Source of the DNA: Bdellovibrionales bacterium | Lineage (GTDB): Bacteria > Bdellovibrionota > Bdellovibrionia > Bdellovibrionales > UBA840 | DNA length: 21,750 nt | Assembly (NCBI GenBank): GCA_037969075.1 | Contig: JBBKWS010000178.1 | Location: forward strand, 1-21,750 | Direction: 5' to 3' | Shown here: piece after piece, positions 8,362 to 15,897 of the stretch | Layout of the letters: every line of letters starts with the position of its first letter | Position numbering within the stretch: the stretch's first letter is position 1 | Position numbers and translations under genes: made by a program | The notes under the pieces: model-generated | What the model was told of the DNA's origin: nothing | Database searches by the model: none | The model's input: the letters and a program-made list of their open reading frames with translations, nothing else

Positions 8362-9107
8362 TAGCTAGCATTTGCTTGGGACTTATTGTTGGAGTGATCT
8401 CTGTCCTTACAGGACTTGGGGGAGGAGTGGTTATGGTTCCATTGCTTCCACTGCTGACGGGCGCTGATCAAAAACAAGCTATAGCAACAAGTCTATTTGT
8501 AGTTTTTTTGAATGGTGCGCAAATCACATTTTTTTCGGTTCGCAAGAAAAATTTAGATATTAAGTTTGCTCTCCCTATTGCTGTTATCGGCATCATGACA
8601 GCTTATTTTGCCAGTATACTTATTTATAGATTTACCAATTATAATCTTCGCGTTTTTCTATGCGTTGTTATGGCTTTTATTATTTTCATCCTTGTACGTC
8701 CTCCCAAATTTACGTTTCATCGAGGTAAAAATATTTTTAGATACGCAGTTGGAGCAATAGCTGGCTTTGTTTCAGGCCTTAGTGGTCTTGGGGGTGGTAT
8801 TGTTGTTGGCCCCCTTCTGCTGGCAGGAAAGGCTATCTCGCACCAAGCGCTTCCCTCAACCATTACCTTTGTTAGCATGTGCTTCGCTGGTGTTGCAACA
8901 CTCACTCATTTGGTTCTAAATGTACCTACTATGACTTCTTGGGGGCCGATATTATGGAAAGAGGCTATATTGGTATTTATCCCTGCTGTTTTTGTTACCA
9001 AAGCCTTATTTCCACTACAGCAAAAGCTAACTGAAAACCAGCGTAGATATTTGTTATTATTGTTCAGTATAGTGCTATTTTTAAAGTCACTCGTAAGTAT
9101 TCTTTGA
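8358..9107 (+). CDS. TauE/SafE (TSUP) family membrane transporter
   Basis: Two GLGGG..V.P repeats, AIATSL, about 8 hydrophobic segments; ATG 8358 in ATGA overlap with the EEP stop. Confidence 0.88.
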   Translation: MIASICLGLIVGVISVLTGLGGGVVMVPLLPLLTGADQKQAIATSLFVVFLNGAQITFFSVRKKNLDIKFALPIAVIGIMTAYFASILIYRFTNYNLRVFLCVVMAFIIFILVRPPKFTFHRGKNIFRYAVGAIAGFVSGLSGLGGGIVVGPLLLAGKAISHQALPSTITFVSMCFAGVATLTHLVLNVPTMTSWGPILWKEAILVFIPAVFVTKALFPLQQKLTENQRRYLLLLFSIVLFLKSLVSIL

Positions 9108-9132
9108 TTCTACTTGGTTTCCTTTCTATATC
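9104..9132 (+). promoter_or_regulatory. Sigma70-like promoter, probable leaderless start
   Basis: TTGATT-N17-TATATC-N6-ATG(9139); no SD. Confidence 0.45.
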
Positions 9133-9138
9133 TAAAGT

Positions 9139-11115
9139 ATGTCGTGGTTAACCAATCTTAATCCAGAACAAGTTGAAGCAGTCCTGCATAATCAGGGGCC
9201 TATGCTTATTCTGGCTGGAGCAGGTTCAGGGAAGACAACCGTTTTGATATCTCGTGCCGGTAGGCTGATCGAAGAAAAGATCTGTACTGTCGAACAACTA
9301 CTGGTATTAACATTTACCAATAAATCCTCTCGGGAATTAAAACATCGGGTTGAAGCTCGCATCGGAAAATCTGCCAAAAAATTATGGGCCTCTACGTTTC
9401 ATAGTTTTGGAGTGAAAATTTTAAAAGAACATGGCACTCATCTAGGACTACCAAAGAATTTTGCGATTTTAGATCAAAGAGATGTGGGTGGAATCTTAAA
9501 AGAGCTGGTTAAAAACACCCATGTGTACGGTAAGGACGCATTTGATATCGATCAATTGCAATCAATGCTTGGAGCGTGGAGAGAGAAGGGGCAGAAGAAA
9601 GCAAATGTAGATGACCCCTATGAAATCATTTTAGAAGCTATTTTACCCAGTTATGAAGAACGTTTGTATGCAATGGGCGCGGTGGATTTTGATCAATTGA
9701 TTCAGGGGCCGATAGAACTTTTAGAAAAACATCCAGAGGCAGCTAAAAAGATCACCTCCAGGTTTTCGCAAATAATGGTAGATGAGTTTCAAGATACAAA
9801 TAAATCCCAGTTTAAACTAATTAAACTGCTACTTCAGGGACATACAAATCTTACGGTGGTTGGAGATGATGATCAATCGATCTATGGCTGGAGGGGAGCT
9901 GAAATTGAGAATATCTTACGATTCCCTCAGTCGTTTAAAAATTGCAAAACAGTAAAACTGGTTAGAAACTATAGATGTAACCCCGCAATTTTAGATATGG
10001 CAAATGCCGTTATTTCAAAAAACACAGATAGACATGGTAAAAAATTAATTGCCGAAAAAAAAGTAGCTTCTTTAAATAAGCCTGAGTTCTTTGAATATGA
10101 AACCGAAGAGCAAGAAGCAGAGAAAACACTGGCTGAATTTGTACGTTTAAAGCGTGATGGTGTGAAGTATAGTGATATGGCGGTACTGTATAGGTCGAAT
10201 TCTCAAGGGGCTCTTTTAGAGTCCTATTTACGTAAAGAAAAGATCCCCTATAGAATTAGTGGTGGGACAGCTTTTTTTGATCGTAAAGAAATAAAAGATA
10301 TTTTAGCCTACCTTCGCTGCGCGATTTATCCTAGTGAAATAGCTCTTAGACGAATTATGAATACCCCGGCCCGTGGGATAGGCTCTACAAGTGTTGAAAA
10401 ATTGCAAAAATCAGATATGAACTTCGTAGCGGCCTGCAGAAGTTGGAAAGACTTAGATCTTCCAGAAAAGGCAGGTGCAGCTATTGATATGCTACTGCAT
10501 TCTTTTACAGAGTTTCAAAATGATTTAATAAAAGCTCCTAGCTTTAGTGTGTGTGTAAAAGACTATTTACAAAAGATTGGGTATTTAAAATATTTAGAAG
10601 ATCAATCCAAGTCGGCGGCCGCCTATCACAAGACGAAATCATTAGTAGATATATTTTGTAATGTCTTTGATTCGTATCAAAAGCAAGAAAGCAAGGATCC
10701 AAAGAAAGCTTTGGTAGAGTTTGTTGAAAATATGGAGTTACGTGATCTCCCAGATGAAGAAAATAAGGATGAAGTAAATCTTCTAACGTTTCATGCTTGT
10801 AAAGGCTTAGAGTTCACCCATGTGTTTTTATTAGGGGTAGAAGAAGATTTAATACCGCATAGAGTGCTTGGGACTAATATCTCAGAAGAGCGTCGCCTGT
10901 TTTATGTGGCAATTACTAGAGCGAAAGATCGCTTATATTTGTCTCGTGCTAAAAAAAGAAACAGAAATGGCAGAACTGTATCTACGCAGCGATCTAGATT
11001 TTTACTAGAGCTAAAGCCAGAGTTTTTTACTGTTCTAGAGGGCGGAAGACCAATTACTGAAACAGACCGAGAATCATTAGTGTCATCTTTTTTAGCAAAA
11101 TTTAATACTCCCTGA
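9139..11115 (+). CDS. SF1A UvrD/Rep/PcrA-family ATP-dependent DNA helicase
   Basis: LNPEQ, AGAGSGKT, TFTNK, VDEFQD, VGDDDQSIYGWRGA, NYR, LYR.N, TFHACKGLEF, EERRLFYVAITRA. Confidence 0.96.
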   Translation: MSWLTNLNPEQVEAVLHNQGPMLILAGAGSGKTTVLISRAGRLIEEKICTVEQLLVLTFTNKSSRELKHRVEARIGKSAKKLWASTFHSFGVKILKEHGTHLGLPKNFAILDQRDVGGILKELVKNTHVYGKDAFDIDQLQSMLGAWREKGQKKANVDDPYEIILEAILPSYEERLYAMGAVDFDQLIQGPIELLEKHPEAAKKITSRFSQIMVDEFQDTNKSQFKLIKLLLQGHTNLTVVGDDDQSIYGWRGAEIENILRFPQSFKNCKTVKLVRNYRCNPAILDMANAVISKNTDRHGKKLIAEKKVASLNKPEFFEYETEEQEAEKTLAEFVRLKRDGVKYSDMAVLYRSNSQGALLESYLRKEKIPYRISGGTAFFDRKEIKDILAYLRCAIYPSEIALRRIMNTPARGIGSTSVEKLQKSDMNFVAACRSWKDLDLPEKAGAAIDMLLHSFTEFQNDLIKAPSFSVCVKDYLQKIGYLKYLEDQSKSAAAYHKTKSLVDIFCNVFDSYQKQESKDPKKALVEFVENMELRDLPDEENKDEVNLLTFHACKGLEFTHVFLLGVEEDLIPHRVLGTNISEERRLFYVAITRAKDRLYLSRAKKRNRNGRTVSTQRSRFLLELKPEFFTVLEGGRPITETDRESLVSSFLAKFNTP

Positions 11116-11149
11116 ATTATTAGAATCGTGTTTGCAATAAAATTACGTT

Positions 11150-11178
11150 TTGCCAAGTCCTCATTGGCTTCGTAGGCT
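11150..11178 (+). promoter_or_regulatory. Sigma70-like promoter (leadered; GGAGG SD downstream)
   Basis: TTGCCA-N17-TAGGCT. Confidence 0.45.
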
Positions 11179-11201
11179 TTTGGTATACACGGAGGTTCAT
11201 T

Positions 11202-11792
11202 ATGTTATTTTTTATCCTTTCACATATTGCGTTTGCATCGGTTACTTTTGACTCTACTCGCGTAGACAATAAAATGCCGGCGAATTGTGTAAACCTGACA
11301 TCAGAAGATTTTTCAGAAAAGCGTTCAAAAGTAATTTATGGGATTAAGGGCTCAAAAGAAAAAGGCTTTACCCATGAGTTTCCGATTACAAGGCAAGAGG
11401 CGAGAGATCTTTGGTTAGCTATCAATGACGACATCACTAGCTTAGATATTGTTAGAAACTCAGAAAGACTAACACAACTCAAGAATGTTTTGGATATTGA
11501 CGGCAGAGATATGGGTTTTGATTTTAAAAAAGAAGGAGACATCTTAGAGGTATTTGCGCTTTTAGACCTTAATAACCAGTACCCTGACGGAGAATACTTC
11601 AGAACCGGCGGCTACGAATATCATGGTGATAACGGTAGAGTTGTCGGAGAGCTTGATATTTTGGTGGGGAAACGCTCTGACTGTAATATTGTAGTTATTG
11701 GGGAGACAAAATTAGGTGTTAAGATGATTGGTAAAGCTAACGAACAGCTTTCTAGGTTCGAGCGTTTTTACTCACAAGAAAGTCCTAGGTAA
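11202..11792 (+). CDS. Putative secreted protein with PD-(D/E)xK nuclease-like C-terminal domain
   Basis: GGAGG SD; short hydrophobic N-terminus ending AFA; EGDILE...GELDILV...IGETK...ANEQLSRF. Confidence 0.55.
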   Translation: MLFFILSHIAFASVTFDSTRVDNKMPANCVNLTSEDFSEKRSKVIYGIKGSKEKGFTHEFPITRQEARDLWLAINDDITSLDIVRNSERLTQLKNVLDIDGRDMGFDFKKEGDILEVFALLDLNNQYPDGEYFRTGGYEYHGDNGRVVGELDILVGKRSDCNIVVIGETKLGVKMIGKANEQLSRFERFYSQESPR

Positions 11793-11806
11793 AATGCTTC
11801 CAAGTC

Positions 11807-11835
11807 TTGCTTCATTGGTAAAGGCTTGGTAATTT
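11807..11835 (+). promoter_or_regulatory. Sigma70 extended -10 promoter, probable leaderless start
   Basis: TTGCTT-N17(ending TGG)-TAATTT-N7-ATG(11843). Confidence 0.55.
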
Positions 11836-11842
11836 TATAAGA

Positions 11843-12148
11843 ATGAAACTCAAAGTACAAATTATAGAAGCCCTTAGTATATTGAAGCCTATACATTTAG
11901 ATATAATTAATGAGAGTGATATGCATAGTGGGCCCCCCAATCGGGAGAGCCATTTTAAGCTAATCATCGCTAGCGCTGAGTTTTTAAATAAAAGTCGGAT
12001 TCAACGACAACAGCAAATCTATGGATTGCTAGATTTTGCCTTTAAACAAGGGCTGCATGCTCTAAGTATGAAGGCTTACACGCCTGATGAATGGGCTCAA
12101 GAGGAACAGGCGTTTAATAGTCCTGATTGTATGGGTAAGAACAAGTAA
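11843..12148 (+). CDS. bolA: BolA family protein
   Basis: NES.MH...ESHFK, F...SRIQRQQ.IY, GLHALS...YTPDEW, SPDCMG. Confidence 0.92.
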   Translation: MKLKVQIIEALSILKPIHLDIINESDMHSGPPNRESHFKLIIASAEFLNKSRIQRQQQIYGLLDFAFKQGLHALSMKAYTPDEWAQEEQAFNSPDCMGKNK

Positions 12149-12186
12149 GCGCTATTCAATGTACCAATAGTTAAACTTAAGTTTAA

Positions 12187-12732
12187 TTATTTTAATTTTT
12201 TATAAAGCTGTAAACCAATCCACGCATCGGTGGCGGCATAGGTAATTTGTTGAGGTGTTAGCACAGGCGCTTGCCAATTAGAAGTTTTAGCTCGCTTGGA
12301 TAGCCTGCCTTGTAGCACCTCTGCGGTCATCCCCTTAAGTCCAAAGTTTTTAAGTCCTTTTTCTTTGGCTACATCCTGCAATTCTATAAAGGCTTCAGGC
12401 TTAAACTCAAAAAGCTTGTGTAATTGTTTGATGTCATCACGGATGGCTACTCCAACTTTTAAAACATCAGGGTTTTCAAAAACAGTTTTGATAGCTGCAA
12501 ATTGGCTGATACCATGTAAGCGAATTAGATAAGCATCGGTTTCGGTAGATAGCTGTAATAGGGCAACTTGATAGGTATCACCTTTTTTAAAACTGGGTCT
12601 TGTCTCGGTATCAAAGCCAAATTCGCTTGCACTGACTAGTTGTGCGGTTACGATGGCAAGTTCTTGGTCGTTAGTGATTAAATGAATCTTTCCTGAAAAA
12701 GCGATTAATGGTAATTCACCAGGTAGGTCCAT
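12187..12732 (-). CDS. DnaQ-like 3'-5' exonuclease (WRN/RNase D-like, DEDDy)
   Basis: ExoI GFDTE, ALLQLS, ExoII KVGV..RDD, SNW, ExoIII YAATDA. Confidence 0.92.
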   Translation of the reverse strand: MDLPGELPLIAFSGKIHLITNDQELAIVTAQLVSASEFGFDTETRPSFKKGDTYQVALLQLSTETDAYLIRLHGISQFAAIKTVFENPDVLKVGVAIRDDIKQLHKLFEFKPEAFIELQDVAKEKGLKNFGLKGMTAEVLQGRLSKRAKTSNWQAPVLTPQQITYAATDAWIGLQLYKKLK

Positions 12733-12750
12733 TTTGTCCTTAGCCTTTTT

Positions 12751-12945
12751 TTAAGACAAAGTGTCTAATTGATCTTTGATTTGCTGAAAAAGTGGCTCAG
12801 TTTCCTTCTGCAGCTTCTCGTGCTTCGGTTTCTTGTTTTCAACTGGGTCAGTAGAAGCTATATTCTCCCAGTCCTTCCATGCTTCTTGGAGGGATGTTAG
12901 ACTTGTCTGCAGTGCTTCTGATAACTTAGGTTTTTGTTTACTCAC
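12751..12945 (-). CDS. Small helical hypothetical protein
   Basis: 64-aa ORF (GTG start) filling the gap directly upstream of the exonuclease, with amphipathic helices. Confidence 0.5.
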   Translation of the reverse strand: MSKQKPKLSEALQTSLTSLQEAWKDWENIASTDPVENKKPKHEKLQKETEPLFQQIKDQLDTLS

Positions 12946-13017
12946 GTAAAAAGGTTTACGTATACTAGGGCCGTTGACAAGAAAAATCTGCTATATGCTT
13001 ACTATAAGAGAGGGTTT

Positions 13018-14694
13018 ATGTCTCAAGAGATTATTTATACGATGAAAGGTGTGGGAAAAGTTATCCCGCCAAACAACAAATTTATTTTAAAAGATATTTA
13101 TTTATCTTATTTTTACGGAGCTAAAATTGGCATTATCGGTGGCAACGGTTCAGGTAAATCCACACTCCTTCGTATTATGGCGGGAGTTGATAAAAACTTC
13201 GTGGGTGAAGCCTTTCCTGCAAAAGAAATGAAAGTTGGTTACCTCCCACAAGAGCCAGAAATTGATGAGTCAAAAACTGTAAAAGAGTTAGTTGAAGAAG
13301 GTGTCGGGGAGCTAGCTGAGAAGATAAAAGAATTTAATGTTATTTCAGCTAAATTTGCCGAAGAAATGACAGACGATGAAATGAATGCGCTTTTAGAAAA
13401 ACAAGGCAAGGTGCAAGAGTTCATTGAGGCCAACAATGGTTGGGAATTAGACCACAAGTTAGAGAGAGCTATGGATGCACTTCATTGCCCTCCAGGGGAT
13501 GCAATAGGTAAAAATTTATCGGGAGGAGAGAGAAGACGGGTAGCGCTTTGTAGGCTCCTTTTAAGTAATCCTGATATTTTGTTATTAGATGAGCCTACCA
13601 ACCATTTGGATGCCGAATCAGTATCGTGGTTAGAGCGCTATTTGTCAGAGTTTCCAGGAACAGTAATTGCGATAACCCATGATAGATATTTTTTAGATAA
13701 CGTGGCTGGTTGGATTTTAGAATTAGACCGCGGGGAAGGAATTCCTTGGAAAGGAAATTACTCTTCATGGCTTGAGCAAAAGCAGGGCCGCCTAGCAACA
13801 GAGCAAAAGCAAGAAAACAAACGTCAAAAAGTCCTACAAAAAGAATTAGAGTGGGTGAGACAATCGCCAAAAGCTCGAGCTGCGAAAGCAAAATCGAGAT
13901 TATCTTCTTATGAAAACCTATTAAAGGCGCCGACTAAAGAGCGCATCCAAGATTTAGAGCTATTTATACCTCCGGGCCCAAGATTGGGTGACAAGGTGGT
14001 AGAAGCGGTAAATATCACCAAAGCCTTTGATGATAAGCTATTATATGAAAACTTGAGCTTCAGTATTCCCAAAGGAGCTATTGTTGGAATTATTGGTCCA
14101 AACGGTGTTGGTAAGACCACATTGTTTAGAATGATTGTAGGTCAAGAAAAACCTGATAAGGGTGAATTTGATGTGGGCGAGACGGTTAAGTACGCCTATG
14201 TGGATCAAGGAAAAGAAACTCTAGATCTAGATAAAACAGTATATGACGAAATAGCAGGCGGAAATGAAGTGATGTTAGTTGCAGGAGTTGAATTGCAATC
14301 AAGAGCTTACATTTCTAGATTTAACTTTACTGGTGTGGATCAGTCTAAAAAAGTTGGGATGCTATCAGGCGGAGAAAAAAACCGCTTACAGTTAGCGAAA
14401 CTTTTAAGTGAAGGGGCAAACCTTTTACTTCTGGATGAACCGACCAATGATCTTGATGTAACAAGCATTCGAGCCATCGAAGAAGCGCTTTTAGATTTTG
14501 CGGGATCTGTTGTGGTTATTTCCCATGATCGTTGGTTTTTAGATCGGATTTGTACTCATATACTAGCTTTTGAGGGAGAGTCTCACGTAGAGTTCTTCCC
14601 AGGTAATTATAGTGAATACGAAGAGAATTTAAAGAAGCGTCTTGGGGTCGAGTTTCTTGAACCTAAAAAGGTTAAATACAAGCGTCTGCAGTAG
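13018..14694 (+). CDS. ettA: Energy-dependent translational throttle protein EttA (ABC-F)
   Basis: MSQEIIYTMKGVGKV, two ABC cassettes, LELDRGEGIPWKGNYSSWLEQK, ELEWVRQSPKAR, IPPGPRLG. ATG 13018 follows GAGAGGG. Confidence 0.95.
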   Translation: MSQEIIYTMKGVGKVIPPNNKFILKDIYLSYFYGAKIGIIGGNGSGKSTLLRIMAGVDKNFVGEAFPAKEMKVGYLPQEPEIDESKTVKELVEEGVGELAEKIKEFNVISAKFAEEMTDDEMNALLEKQGKVQEFIEANNGWELDHKLERAMDALHCPPGDAIGKNLSGGERRRVALCRLLLSNPDILLLDEPTNHLDAESVSWLERYLSEFPGTVIAITHDRYFLDNVAGWILELDRGEGIPWKGNYSSWLEQKQGRLATEQKQENKRQKVLQKELEWVRQSPKARAAKAKSRLSSYENLLKAPTKERIQDLELFIPPGPRLGDKVVEAVNITKAFDDKLLYENLSFSIPKGAIVGIIGPNGVGKTTLFRMIVGQEKPDKGEFDVGETVKYAYVDQGKETLDLDKTVYDEIAGGNEVMLVAGVELQSRAYISRFNFTGVDQSKKVGMLSGGEKNRLQLAKLLSEGANLLLLDEPTNDLDVTSIRAIEEALLDFAGSVVVISHDRWFLDRICTHILAFEGESHVEFFPGNYSEYEENLKKRLGVEFLEPKKVKYKRLQ

Positions 14695-15085
14695 CATTCG
14701 TTAAGATAGCGATCTTCTGTTTTAAAACGATAAAATTTTCTTTAGCACCTTGGTCTGTCGATTGATCAGGGTGCATCTTTAGCGCAAGCTTTCTCCACGT
14801 AGCCTTTATGTCCCATGGAAAGACCTGAACGGCTTGCTCCTTGGCCTGTGCCTCGATCCACTGCCATGCACTTTGCGCCTCTATTGACAGTCTTGATACA
14901 TATAGAGTCTTTCTTTGTTCCAGGGGTATTGCCGTTACTTTGTATGCCTTTTTAAGTTTTACAGTGGGGATATTGAGGGTGAAGACAAAGCTAGGTGTAT
15001 ATTCATGGCTATCTATAGACTCGGGTGATTCCATGTAGGCATCGTTTAGGTAGTCCTCGAAGTCTTTTTTCTTTATCCAATCCAT
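14672..15085 (-). CDS. Protein with C-terminal J-domain (class C DnaJ-like)
   Basis: IKATWRKLALKMHPDQ...AKENFI. ATG 15085 preferred over TTG 15112. Confidence 0.7.
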   Translation of the reverse strand: MDWIKKKDFEDYLNDAYMESPESIDSHEYTPSFVFTLNIPTVKLKKAYKVTAIPLEQRKTLYVSRLSIEAQSAWQWIEAQAKEQAVQVFPWDIKATWRKLALKMHPDQSTDQGAKENFIVLKQKIAILTNATADACI

Positions 15086-15242
15086 ACTAAATAGATCGGA
15101 ATATTCATGCAAAAGCTTACGTCTAGATCGATAAACTTATCCTTCTGCTAGGAAAAAACGACCGATTGCCTGTTTTTTCTTAAGCCTTATGGATGATTTT
15201 CTTAAAGAAATGGGAAGTTCTATTAACTTTTATCAGGTACCT

Positions 15243-15340
15243 CAGAGGGGAAAATGGCTTTGGTATTCAGTAAAACGGCTCACTCCAGAGGGGGAAAATG
15301 ACTTTCTAGAGGGAAAAAGCCTCTTTTTAGAGAGAAAAAT
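15243..15340 (+). repeat. Degenerate direct repeats YAGAG(G)nAAAA on a ~21-bp grid
   Basis: Units start at 15243, 15286, 15307 and 15328. Confidence 0.6.
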
Positions 15341-15371
15341 CAAAAATAATGCAAAAACCTTCATTTTTTTT

Positions 15372-15399
15372 TGGACAAACCTATAAACCTGTTTATCAT
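15372..15399 (+). promoter_or_regulatory. Sigma70-like promoter of the SWIB gene
   Basis: TGGACA-N16-TATCAT, with A/T tracts upstream. Confidence 0.5.
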
Positions 15400-15437
15400 G
15401 AACTTAGTTAACAACACCATTCTTGGAGGAACTAAAG

Positions 15438-15830
15438 ATGGCAAAGAAAAAAGCAACAAAAAAGAAAGCTACTAAAAAAGTAGCGAAGAAAGCTACTGCA
15501 AAGAAAGCTACTAAAAAAGTAGCGAAGAAAGCAACTGCGAAAAAAGCTACTAAAAAAGCTACTAAAGCAAAGACTAAAAGAAAGCCAAATGCTGCTTTCA
15601 TGAGACCTTTGACTCCTAGTTCTGATTTAGCTGCTGTTATCGGTTCTGGAAATGTTCCAAGAACTGAAGTAGTTAAAAAAATCTGGGCATACATCCGTAA
15701 GCACAACTTACAAGATGCTAAAAACAGAAGAAACATCAATGCTGATGACAAATTAAAAGTTGTTTTCGGTGGTAAGAAACAAGTTTCTATGTTCGAAATG
15801 ACTAAACTAATCAGCAAGCACTTGAAATAG
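15438..15830 (+). CDS. SWIB/MDM2 domain protein with histone-H1-like Lys/Ala-rich N-terminus
   Basis: GGAGG SD at 15425; KKAT repeats; RKPNAAFMRPLTPS..LAAVIG...PRTEVVKKIWAYIRKHNLQD.KNRRNINAD. Confidence 0.92.
   Translation: MAKKKATKKKATKKVAKKATAKKATKKVAKKATAKKATKKATKAKTKRKPNAAFMRPLTPSSDLAAVIGSGNVPRTEVVKKIWAYIRKHNLQDAKNRRNINADDKLKVVFGGKKQVSMFEMTKLISKHLK
15462..15539 (+). repeat. Two tandem 39-bp coding repeats (KKATKKVAKKATA)
   Basis: 15462-15500 and 15501-15539 are near-identical, followed by a partial third copy. Confidence 0.85.
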
Positions 15831-15855
15831 TATTTGTTTAATTAGATAGAAGCTT

Positions 15856-15885
15856 AAAAAGCCCGGTTATGCCGGGCTTTTTTTT
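15856..15885. terminator. Bidirectional rho-independent terminator
   Basis: AAAAA-GCCCGG-ttatg-CCGGGC-TTTTTTTT between convergent genes. Confidence 0.9.
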
Positions 15886-15897
15886 GATCTTTAAAGA

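Noticed and set aside
5530..11792. Known anti-phage system (EVE + nuclease + UvrD, e.g. Gabija)
   Set aside because: The helicase is a full housekeeping-type SF1A enzyme, with no OLD/TOPRIM partner, methyltransferase or mobility genes.
12974..13005. Perfect TTGACA upstream of ettA as a sigma70 promoter
   Set aside because: Candidate -10 boxes fall at 12, 14 or 20 bp spacing, not 16-18, so it was not called.
15243..15340. Possible mini-CRISPR
   Set aside because: Repeats are degenerate and nearly adjacent, with no spacers of uniform length and no cas genes.
15189..15386. 65-aa ORF over the repeat array
   Set aside because: No SD or recognisable motif, and it overlaps the SWIB promoter; better explained as regulatory DNA, though not excluded.
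15404..15817. 137-aa hydrophobic ORF antisense to the SWIB gene
   Set aside because: Mirror of Lys/Ala codon repeats; the sense gene has an SD, a known domain and a terminator.
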